Below are positions 17,839 through 25,351 of a stretch of 64,000 nt of DNA, one piece after another. The position numbers were made by a program, and so were the translations under genes. How positions within the stretch are numbered: position 1 is the stretch's first letter; each line of letters begins with the position of its first letter. This DNA is from Candidatus Aldehydirespirator sp. (GTDB lineage: Bacteria; Actinomycetota; Acidimicrobiia; Acidimicrobiales; Aldehydirespiratoraceae), in NCBI GenBank assembly GCA_965219165.1, contig CBDCMW010000002.1, forward strand, positions 422,706-486,705, read 5' to 3'. Under the pieces are notes generated by a model that did no database searches, had not been told where the DNA came from, and saw nothing but the letters and a program-made list of their open reading frames with translations.

Positions 17839-20652
17839 GTGACCGAACTGCACAGCTACCCCCCGCACGAGACCTGGCACGACGCGGTGTCGCTGGACGC
17901 CAAGGCCTGGCCCCGCCGGGTGGAGCACCATCACACGCTGGTGCCCACCACCTGCTTCAACTGCGAGGCGGCCTGCGGGCTGGTGTGCCACGTCAACCAC
18001 GCCACCGGTCGCATAGACCGCGTCGAGGGCAATCCGCTGCATCCCGCCAGCCGGGGCCGCAACTGCGCCAAGGGCCCGGCCACGCTCAACCAGATCGACG
18101 ACCACGAACGCATCCTGTACCCGCTGCGCCAGACCGGCGAGCGAGGCAGCGGGCAGTGGGAGCGGGTGAGCTGGGCCGAGGCCCTCGACGACATCGGCAG
18201 CCGCATCCGGTCGGCCATCGCCGAGGGCCGCCACAACGAGGTCATGTACCACGTGGGCCGTCCCGGCGAGGACGGCTACGCCGAGCGGGTGCTGCGGTGC
18301 TGGGGGGTGGACGGCCACAACAGCCACACCAACATCTGCAGCTCCAATGCCCGCATCGGCTATCAGAGCTGGATGGGCCACGATCGCCCGTCGTCGGACT
18401 TCGCCCACGCCGAGGTGATCTTCTTGATCTCGTCGCACCTGGAGGCGGGCCACTACTTCAACCCCCACGCCCAGCGCATCATCGAGGCCCAGGGCCACGG
18501 CGCGACGGTGATCTGCGTCGACCCGCGGCTGTCCAACACCGGCGCCAAGGCCGACTTCTGGCTGCCGGCGTGGCCCGGCACCGAGCCGTTCCTGCTACTG
18601 GCCATCGCCCGCCTGCTGCTGGCTGACGGCACCTGGGAGCGAGACTTCGTGCGGCGCTGGACCAACTGGGAGGTCTACCTGCGCGAGCGCCACCCGCACC
18701 GGCCGGCGGACTTCGCTTCGGTGGGTCCGGCCCTGCTGGAGGACTACGCGGCGTACACGCCCGAGGAGGCCGAGCGGATCTGCGGCGTGCCCGCGTCGCA
18801 GATCACCGAGGTCGCCCGGATAATCGGCGCCCATCCAACGAAGTTCGCGTCTCACAACTGGCGGGCCGCGGCCGCGGGCAACCTGGGCGGCTGGCAGACG
18901 GCCCGGTGCCTGTTCTTCCTCAATGTGCTGACCGGATCGGTGGGCACGGTGGGCGGCACCACCGGCAACGGCTGGAACAAGTACAAGGCGCCCCATCCGC
19001 CGGGCCCGGGGCCGGTGCAGCACTGGAACGAGCTCAACTGGCCCCGCGAGTACCCGCTGGCCCACCACGAGATGTCGGTCCTGCTGCCGCACTTCCTGCA
19101 CGAGGGCCGGGGCCGTCTCGACGTGTACTTCAGCCGGGTGTACAACCCGGTGTGGACCAACCCGGACGGGTTCAGCTGGCTGGAGGCCCTCAAGGACCCG
19201 GACAAGGTGGGGTGCCATGTGGCGCTCACGCCCACCTGGTCGGAGACGTCGGTGTTCGCCGACTACGTGCTGCCCATGGGGGTGGGCGCCGAACGCCACG
19301 ACGTGGCCAGCTTCGAGACCCACGCCGGCCGCTGGATCGGCTTCCGCCAGCCGGTGCTGCGCCGCTACGCCGAGATCCGCGGCGACGCCGTCACCCACGA
19401 GTCGCGCACCCATGAGTTCAACCCGGGCGAGGTGTGGGAGGAGAACGAGTTCTGGATCGAGCTGTCGTGGCGTATCGATCCCGACGGCTCGATGGGCATC
19501 CGTCGCTGGTTCGAGAGTTCTACCCATCCCGGCACGCCCATGTCGGTGGACGAGTACTACTCCACCATGTTCGAGGGCGTTCCCGGCCTGGCCGCCGACG
19601 CGGCCGCGGCGGGCCAGACCCCGCTGGAGTTCATGCGCGACCGGGGCGCCTACGCCTTGCCGGGAGACATGTACCTCCCATACGAGCGGGAGGTGGACCC
19701 GGCCTCGCTCCAGGACTGCGAGATCGACGATTCGGGCGTGTTCCGCCGCCCCGGCACGCCGGGCACGTGGTCGGGCACCCTCGAGGAGCTGGCTGGCTTG
19801 AAGGTTGCGGGCCTGGGTGACGGATCGCCCGCGGTGGTGGTGGACGGCACGCCCCGCGAGGGGTTCCCGACGCCGTCGCGCAAGCTTGAGCTGTACTCGC
19901 AGACCCTGGCCGACTGGGGCTGGTCCGAGTACGCCACCCCCGCATGGATCCCGTCGCATGTGCACTGGGAGGACCTCGACCTCGAAGGCGACGAACGGAT
20001 CCTGCTGCCCACGTTCCGCATCCCGACGCTGGTCCACACCCGCTCGGGCAACAGCAAGTGGCTGTCGGAGCTGAGCCACCGCCATCCGCTGTGGATCCAC
20101 CCTGAAGACGCCGAGGCTCTCGGCATCGCCCTCAACGGCCTGGTGCGGATCACCACCCGCATCGGCCACTTCGTGATCGGCGCCTGGCGCACCGAGGGGA
20201 TCCGCCCCGGCGTGGTGGCCGCGTCGCACCACATGGGCCGCTGGCGCCTAGACGCCGCCAGCGGCGGCTCATGGGCCGGCGGCGACGCCGATATAACCAA
20301 CGACGGAACGGTGTGGCGCCTGCGCCGCCGGGGCCGACCCGAACGCCATGCCAGCGACGATCCCGACACCGAGCGCATCTGGTGGAGCGACACCGGCGTG
20401 CACCAGAACCTCACGTTCTGCGTGCAGCCCGACCCGGTCTCGGGCATGCAGTGCTGGCACCAGCGGGTGCGGGTGGGTCCCGCTGAGCCCGGCGACGCCT
20501 ACGGCGACGTGGTGGTCGACACCGCCGAGGCCCGAAAGGCATACCGCGAATGGCTGGCCATGACCCGCCCCGCCCCCGGCCCCGGCGGCCTGCGCCGCCC
20601 CCTCTGGTACTCCCGCCCCCTCAAGCCCATCCCCGCCGCCTACGCCTTGTAG
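17839..20652 (+). CDS. Molybdopterin (bis-PGD) oxidoreductase catalytic subunit, DMSO-reductase superfamily
   Basis: 937 aa. N-terminal FS0 cluster motif CFNCEAACGLVC...C(AKG). Size and internal motifs typical of Psr/Phs/Ttr/Fdh-like enzymes. N-terminus lacks an RRxFLK Tat motif. Confidence 0.85.
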   Translation: MTELHSYPPHETWHDAVSLDAKAWPRRVEHHHTLVPTTCFNCEAACGLVCHVNHATGRIDRVEGNPLHPASRGRNCAKGPATLNQIDDHERILYPLRQTGERGSGQWERVSWAEALDDIGSRIRSAIAEGRHNEVMYHVGRPGEDGYAERVLRCWGVDGHNSHTNICSSNARIGYQSWMGHDRPSSDFAHAEVIFLISSHLEAGHYFNPHAQRIIEAQGHGATVICVDPRLSNTGAKADFWLPAWPGTEPFLLLAIARLLLADGTWERDFVRRWTNWEVYLRERHPHRPADFASVGPALLEDYAAYTPEEAERICGVPASQITEVARIIGAHPTKFASHNWRAAAAGNLGGWQTARCLFFLNVLTGSVGTVGGTTGNGWNKYKAPHPPGPGPVQHWNELNWPREYPLAHHEMSVLLPHFLHEGRGRLDVYFSRVYNPVWTNPDGFSWLEALKDPDKVGCHVALTPTWSETSVFADYVLPMGVGAERHDVASFETHAGRWIGFRQPVLRRYAEIRGDAVTHESRTHEFNPGEVWEENEFWIELSWRIDPDGSMGIRRWFESSTHPGTPMSVDEYYSTMFEGVPGLAADAAAAGQTPLEFMRDRGAYALPGDMYLPYEREVDPASLQDCEIDDSGVFRRPGTPGTWSGTLEELAGLKVAGLGDGSPAVVVDGTPREGFPTPSRKLELYSQTLADWGWSEYATPAWIPSHVHWEDLDLEGDERILLPTFRIPTLVHTRSGNSKWLSELSHRHPLWIHPEDAEALGIALNGLVRITTRIGHFVIGAWRTEGIRPGVVAASHHMGRWRLDAASGGSWAGGDADITNDGTVWRLRRRGRPERHASDDPDTERIWWSDTGVHQNLTFCVQPDPVSGMQCWHQRVRVGPAEPGDAYGDVVVDTAEARKAYREWLAMTRPAPGPGGLRRPLWYSRPLKPIPAAYAL

Positions 20653-20760
20653 GCCTGTTGCCGCCGGGCCGGCGTGCCGGGTCTGCTTGCTGCACCTTGC
20701 AAGCCGGTTGGCGCTGGTCGATAAGGTGGCTGCGCAACGGAGCGGCGAGCATGTACGGAG

Positions 20761-22062
20761 GTGCTGCTGATGAGCTTCGCCAACCCTACCGAGGGGGTCG
20801 ACACCTCGAACGTCCCCTACGTGGTCGTGTCGAGCGACACGCATGCGGGGCTGCAGTGCGAGGAGTACCGCCCGTACCTCGACTCTGCGCTGCACGACGA
20901 GTTCGACGTCTATGTGGCGGAGCGCCACGAGCACCGGCGGGTGCAGGAGGAGGTCAACGCCGAGTTCCTGGCCGAGTGGGAGGGCGAGAACGCCGAGGGG
21001 CTGCGGGGCGCCTACGACCCTGAGGTGCGCGACAAGGAGCTCGACGCCGACGGCATCGCCGGTGAGGTCATCTTCGCCGACGGCGACGCGGTGACCGGCC
21101 AGGAGTCGCCCCCGTTCGGCGCCGGTCTGTCCGCGGGCCAGATCACCGACGCCCGCCAGGCCTTCGGAGGGGCCCGGGCCCACAACCGCTGGCTGGTGGA
21201 CTTCTGCGCCACCAACCCGCCCCGCCGGGCCGGGGTGGGCCTCGTGCCCATAACTCACGACGTGGCAGAGTCCGTGGCCGAGATCGAGTGGCTGGCCGGC
21301 AAGCCGGGCATCAAGGGGATCATGATCCCCACCATGTGGCACGGATTCCCGGCCTACGGGTCCGACCACTACGACCGGGTGTGGGCCGCCTGCGCCGAGA
21401 CCGGCCTGGTGGTGCACACCCACTCCGGCGAGGCCGATTTCGAGTCCTACGGCGACAACGTGGCCATGTACGTGTCGGAGGTGCCGTTCTGGACCCACCG
21501 GGCGCTGTGGCAGCTGCTGTTCTCGGGCAAGTTCGACCGGTTCGGTGGTTTGCGCTACTCGGTCGTGGAGTGCGGCTCGTTCTGGATCGGCGACATCCTG
21601 TGGAAGGCCGACGTGAACTTCGGGGCCAGCAACAAGGTCAAGAAGCTGGGCTCGCGCATGAAGGGCCTGATCTCGCGGCTGCCGTCGGAGTACTTCGGCA
21701 CCAATGTGTTCATCGGCGCCTCCACGATGAGCAAGGAGGAGATCCGCCGCCGCCACGTCAACGGCATCGACGCGCTGATGTGGGGCACCGACTACCCCCA
21801 CCCCGAAGGCTCGTGGCCCCACACCGCCAAGCGGCTCCAGAGCGACTTCCGCGACGTGTCGATCGAGGACGCCCGCCGCCTGCTCGGATTGAACGCGGTG
21901 GACTGCTACAACCTCGACCTCGACTCCCTCACCGAGATTGCCGACCGCATCGGCCCCACCCCCGAGCAGTTCCACCAGGATCCCGGTCTGCGCACCCCGG
22001 CGGACGCCAAGCGCACCGCCCGCTGGTGGATAGACGAGTACGGCTGCGAGCTCCAGTACTGA
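20761..22062 (+). CDS. Amidohydrolase-2 (ACMSD/decarboxylase-hydratase type) family metal-dependent hydrolase
   Basis: 433 aa. VVSSDTHAG near the N-terminus and WGTDYPHPEGSW near the C-terminus are metal-ligand regions typical of Amidohydro_2. Confidence 0.75.
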   Translation: MLLMSFANPTEGVDTSNVPYVVVSSDTHAGLQCEEYRPYLDSALHDEFDVYVAERHEHRRVQEEVNAEFLAEWEGENAEGLRGAYDPEVRDKELDADGIAGEVIFADGDAVTGQESPPFGAGLSAGQITDARQAFGGARAHNRWLVDFCATNPPRRAGVGLVPITHDVAESVAEIEWLAGKPGIKGIMIPTMWHGFPAYGSDHYDRVWAACAETGLVVHTHSGEADFESYGDNVAMYVSEVPFWTHRALWQLLFSGKFDRFGGLRYSVVECGSFWIGDILWKADVNFGASNKVKKLGSRMKGLISRLPSEYFGTNVFIGASTMSKEEIRRRHVNGIDALMWGTDYPHPEGSWPHTAKRLQSDFRDVSIEDARRLLGLNAVDCYNLDLDSLTEIADRIGPTPEQFHQDPGLRTPADAKRTARWWIDEYGCELQY

Positions 22063-22076
22063 GTCCGGATTTGGTT

Positions 22077-22502
22077 GTGAGCGCTGGGGGCTATGAGCCG
22101 AGCCCGTGGAAGCCGATAGCCGACCACGTCGATCGCTATCTGGCCACCGATGGCGCCGACGGCTTCGAGTGGGAGGGGGCCCAGTGCGTGATCCTCACCT
22201 CCGTCGGGCGGAAGACGGGCAGCCTGCGCCGCACGCCGCTCATCCGCATCCGTGACGGCGAGCGCTATCTGCTGGTGGCGTCGATGGGTGGTGCGCCCCG
22301 CCATCCGAACTGGTACCTGAACCTGGTCGTCAACGCCGAGGTGACCATCCAGGATCGGGGCGAGCAGCACCGGCTGCGGGCCCGCACGGCCACACCGGAG
22401 GAGAAGGCCGAACTCTGGCCCCTCGCGGTGAGCCACTGGCCCGACTACGAGGACTACCAGGCCCGCACCGACCGCGACCTTCCCCTCGTCATCTGCGAAT
22501 AG
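22077..22502 (+). CDS. Deazaflavin(F420)-dependent nitroreductase family protein (DUF385)
   Basis: GTG 22077 (or TTG 22071) within track ORF 21288..22502. Pattern LTSVGRKTGSLRRTPL...LLVASMGGAPRHPNWYLNL...V.IQ typical of DUF385/Ddn-like proteins. Confidence 0.75.
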   Translation: MSAGGYEPSPWKPIADHVDRYLATDGADGFEWEGAQCVILTSVGRKTGSLRRTPLIRIRDGERYLLVASMGGAPRHPNWYLNLVVNAEVTIQDRGEQHRLRARTATPEEKAELWPLAVSHWPDYEDYQARTDRDLPLVICE

Positions 22503-22505
22503 CGG

Positions 22506-23402
22506 TCAGCCGGAGGCGGCTGCGGCGTAGAGTTCGGCCACCACTTCCAGGGCTTGGGCCACCAGCGGCAGGGGTTCCCCGGTCCGGGTGAGCAGCAGCA
22601 GCGGCACCGAGGCGGAGCGATCACCGATGTCCGCGTAGTGCAACTCGGGCGGCCGGAAGGTCTGCACGCTGGCCGGCACGATGGCGATCCCCTCGCCTGC
22701 GGCCACGAACCCGAGGATCGTCGTGTACTCGGTGGCTTCGATGACCGGGTCGTAGGGCACGCCCTCGGCGCCGAGCATTCCCGCGAGCACGGCGTGCAGG
22801 CTGGGTGACACTCTCCGGTCGAATCCGATCATCGTCTCGCCGGAGAGGTCGCGCAGGCTCGTTGTCGATGCCGCCGCCAACCGGTGGGACGCGCCCGCGG
22901 CCACCAGCAGACGCTCATGGGTCACCAGAGTCGCCTCCACGTGCTGCGGGTCGGCCGCGGCCCGGCCGATGCCCAGGTCGATCCGGCCCTCCCGCAGGGC
23001 CCGCACCTGCTCGTCGGAACTCATCGTGTGCAGCTCGTAGTCCACCCGGGGCCAGCGCCGCCGGTACTCGCTGAGCGCCCGGGGCATCACCTCGTAGGCG
23101 GCCGAGTCCACGAACCCCACCCGGAGCGTGCCTGCATGGCCGTGGTGGTGCTGGTCCATGAGCCGGTCGACTCCGTCGGCCGAGGCCAGCAGGCGCACCG
23201 CCTCGGGGTATAGGAACGCGCCTGCGTCGGTGAGGCTCACTCGTCGGGTGCTGCGGTCGAACAGGGCCGTGTCGAGCTCGCGCTCCAGCAGCCGGATCTG
23301 CTGGCTCAGCGGTGGCTGGGACATATGGAGCCGCTGGGCGGCACGACCGAAGTGCAGCTCCTCGGCCACGGCCACGAAGTAGCGCAAGCGCTGCAGGTTC
23401 AC
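22506..23402 (-). CDS. LysR family transcriptional regulator, divergent from soxB
   Basis: 298 aa. N-terminal HTH MNLQRLRYFVAVAEELHFGRAAQRLHMSQPPLSQQIRLLE plus a LysR substrate-binding domain. Confidence 0.9.
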   Translation of the reverse strand: MNLQRLRYFVAVAEELHFGRAAQRLHMSQPPLSQQIRLLERELDTALFDRSTRRVSLTDAGAFLYPEAVRLLASADGVDRLMDQHHHGHAGTLRVGFVDSAAYEVMPRALSEYRRRWPRVDYELHTMSSDEQVRALREGRIDLGIGRAAADPQHVEATLVTHERLLVAAGASHRLAAASTTSLRDLSGETMIGFDRRVSPSLHAVLAGMLGAEGVPYDPVIEATEYTTILGFVAAGEGIAIVPASVQTFRPPELHYADIGDRSASVPLLLLTRTGEPLPLVAQALEVVAELYAAAASG

Positions 23403-23485
23403 CCCACAATCATATGCATCAACTCTGAATCAATCGCATATTGATACTTCACTTCACCGATAGGGATGCCTACCCTGTCACGGCG
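23403..23485. promoter_or_regulatory. Divergent LysR/soxB control region (AT-rich)
   Basis: The only AT-rich stretch locally (caatcatatgcatcaactctgaatcaatcgcatattgatacttcac), lying between divergent genes. Contains CATCAA...TTGATA half-sites. No promoter elements verified. Confidence 0.35.
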
Positions 23486-24793
23486 ATGACAGGACTCGCC
23501 CGAATCCGGCGCCGCCCGCCCAAGTATTCTGCGGCAGCATTGGCCTGGAAGGGCCTGCGAGGCGGCAGTTGGCCCCGGGTCTGGCGCGAGCCCGAGTTGA
23601 AGCGCTCCTATGACGCTGTGGTGGTCGGCGGGGGCGTGCACGGCCTGGCCACCGCCTACTATCTCGCCCGCAACCACGGCATCACCAACGTGGCCGTGCT
23701 GGACAAGGCCTATCTGGGCAGCGGCGCCTCGGGCCGCAACACCGCCATCGTGCGGTCCAACTACCTCACTCCCGCCGGCGTGGCCTTCTATGACCGGTCG
23801 CTGCAGCTCTACAACTCCATGGCGCTGGACCTGAACATCAATGTGATGTTCAGCGAGCGCGGCCACCTGACCCTGGCCCACACCGACGGCGCTCTGCGCA
23901 CCATGAACTGGCGGGCCGAGGTCAACAAGCTCCAGGGCGTCGACTCCAGCGTGATCGGCCCCGACGAGATCAAGAAGATCGCTCCCAGCCTCGACACCTC
24001 CGACCATCCCCGTTACCCGATCCTGGGCGCGCTCCACCACCCGCCCGGCGGGGTCGTCCGCCACGACGCGGTGGTGTGGGGATATGCCCGGGCCGCCGAC
24101 TGCATGGGCGTCGAGATGCACCAGAAGACCGAGGTCCTCGACATCCTCTGCGAGGGCGGCGAGGGCCCCGACGGCAAGGGACCTGGGGGCAAGGTCACCG
24201 GAGTGCGCACAAACCGGGGCGACATCTCCACTCCGGTCGTGGTGAACTGCACAGCCGGCTGGGCCTGTCTCATCTCGGCCATGGCCGGCGTGCGACTGCC
24301 CATCACGACCCATCCCTTGCAGGCCGCGGTCACCGAGCCGGTCAAAGTGTTCCTGCCCACGGTGGTGGTGTCGGGCTCCTTGCACGTCTACATCAGCCAG
24401 ACCGACAGGGGAGAGCTCGTCTTCGGCGCCGCCGTCGATCCGGTGGCCACCTACTCGATCCGGGGCTCGCTGGAGTTCACTGAGGAGTTGGCCGGCCATG
24501 TGCTCGAGCTCATGCCGGGCATCTCCCGGATGAGGCTGCTGCGCCAGTGGTCCGGCCTGTGCGACATGACCCCCGACTACTCGCCGGTGATGGGATTCAC
24601 CCCGGTGGACGGCTTCCTGGTGGACGTGGGCTGGGGCACCTACGGGTTCAAGGCCGCCCCGGTCTCCGGCGAGCAGATGGCCGAGGCGGTCGCCACCGGC
24701 CGGACCCCCGAACTGATCGAGCCCTTCGCTCTCAGCCGCTTCGACACGGGCGAGCTGGTGGGTGAGAAGGGCGCCGCGGCGGTGGGGCACTGA
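23486..24793 (+). CDS. soxB: Heterotetrameric sarcosine oxidase beta subunit (or N-methylglutamate dehydrogenase homologue)
   Basis: ATG 23486. FAD fold YDAVVVGGGVHGLATAYYLA, GSGASGRNTAIVRSNY (covalent-FMN His region). ~435 aa, followed by delta, alpha and gamma genes. Confidence 0.88.
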   Translation: MTGLARIRRRPPKYSAAALAWKGLRGGSWPRVWREPELKRSYDAVVVGGGVHGLATAYYLARNHGITNVAVLDKAYLGSGASGRNTAIVRSNYLTPAGVAFYDRSLQLYNSMALDLNINVMFSERGHLTLAHTDGALRTMNWRAEVNKLQGVDSSVIGPDEIKKIAPSLDTSDHPRYPILGALHHPPGGVVRHDAVVWGYARAADCMGVEMHQKTEVLDILCEGGEGPDGKGPGGKVTGVRTNRGDISTPVVVNCTAGWACLISAMAGVRLPITTHPLQAAVTEPVKVFLPTVVVSGSLHVYISQTDRGELVFGAAVDPVATYSIRGSLEFTEELAGHVLELMPGISRMRLLRQWSGLCDMTPDYSPVMGFTPVDGFLVDVGWGTYGFKAAPVSGEQMAEAVATGRTPELIEPFALSRFDTGELVGEKGAAAVGH

Positions 24794-24867
24794 TGCTGCC
24801 TCTCACTGCTCGCGGCACCGCTCGCCGGCAGCGGCTCGCGGCGCGCCCACACGGAGTCGACGGCTGA
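24793..24867 (+). other. 74-bp junction unit with 24-codon relay mini-ORF between soxB and soxD
   Basis: ATG 24793-24795 shares a base with the soxB TGA (24791-24793). Its own TGA (24865-24867) shares a base with the soxD ATG (24867-24869). Both junctions read CTGATGCTGC. Confidence 0.6.
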
Positions 24868-25139
24868 TGCTGCTGGTTCCCTGTCCCAACTGCGGGCCGC
24901 GCAACTCTGCCGACCTGCGGTACGGCGGCGAGTCTCATGCTCGCCCCGACCCCGCCACTGCTTCCCCCCTGCAGTGGCGGGGCTATCTCTACCTGCGCGA
25001 CAACCCGGCCGGATGGCTGCGGGAGACCTGGTACTGCCGGTCGGGCTGCCGCCGCTGGTTCACCCTCGAGCGCAACACGGCCACCAACGAGTTCCGACAC
25101 CCGCCGGCGCCCGGCGACAAGCGAGGCGGCAAGGCATGA
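24867..25139 (+). CDS. soxD: Sarcosine oxidase delta subunit
   Basis: ATG 24867. 90 aa. Zn-type Cys pattern CPNCG...C..GC and WRGYLYLRDNPAG typical of SoxD. Confidence 0.85.
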   Translation: MLLVPCPNCGPRNSADLRYGGESHARPDPATASPLQWRGYLYLRDNPAGWLRETWYCRSGCRRWFTLERNTATNEFRHPPAPGDKRGGKA

Positions 25140-25351
25140 CCGGCCTGTCCCTTCCACCGGAGGCGTCGGCATGACCGGCCCGTCCCTTCCACCGGAGGCG
25201 TCGGCATGACCGGCCCGTCCCTTCCACCGGAGGCGTCGGCATGACCGGCCCGTCCCTTCCACCGGAGGCGTCGGCATGACCGGCCCGTCCCTTCCACCGG
25301 AGGCGTCGGCATGACCGGCCCGTCCCTTCCACCGGAGGCGTCGGCATGACC
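25136..25351 (+). repeat. Tandem array, 6 x 35 bp (atgaccggcccgtcccttccaccggaggcgtcggc) plus partial 7th unit = soxA start
   Basis: ATGs at 25136, 25171, 25206, 25241, 25276 and 25311, then the soxA ATG at 25346. Units 2-6 are identical; unit 1 has one C->T change. Each unit carries GGAGG 7 nt before the next ATG. Confidence 0.97.

Noticed and set aside
21288-22076. Long upstream extension of the DUF385 ORF overlapping the amidohydrolase gene
   Set aside because: The Arg/Pro-rich alternative frame lies within a well-supported gene. Family-like sequence starts only near 22077.
25136-25351. Possible CRISPR array
   Set aside because: The units are directly adjacent with no spacers. The 35-bp unit is not palindromic, there are no cas genes, and the array sits inside an operon junction.
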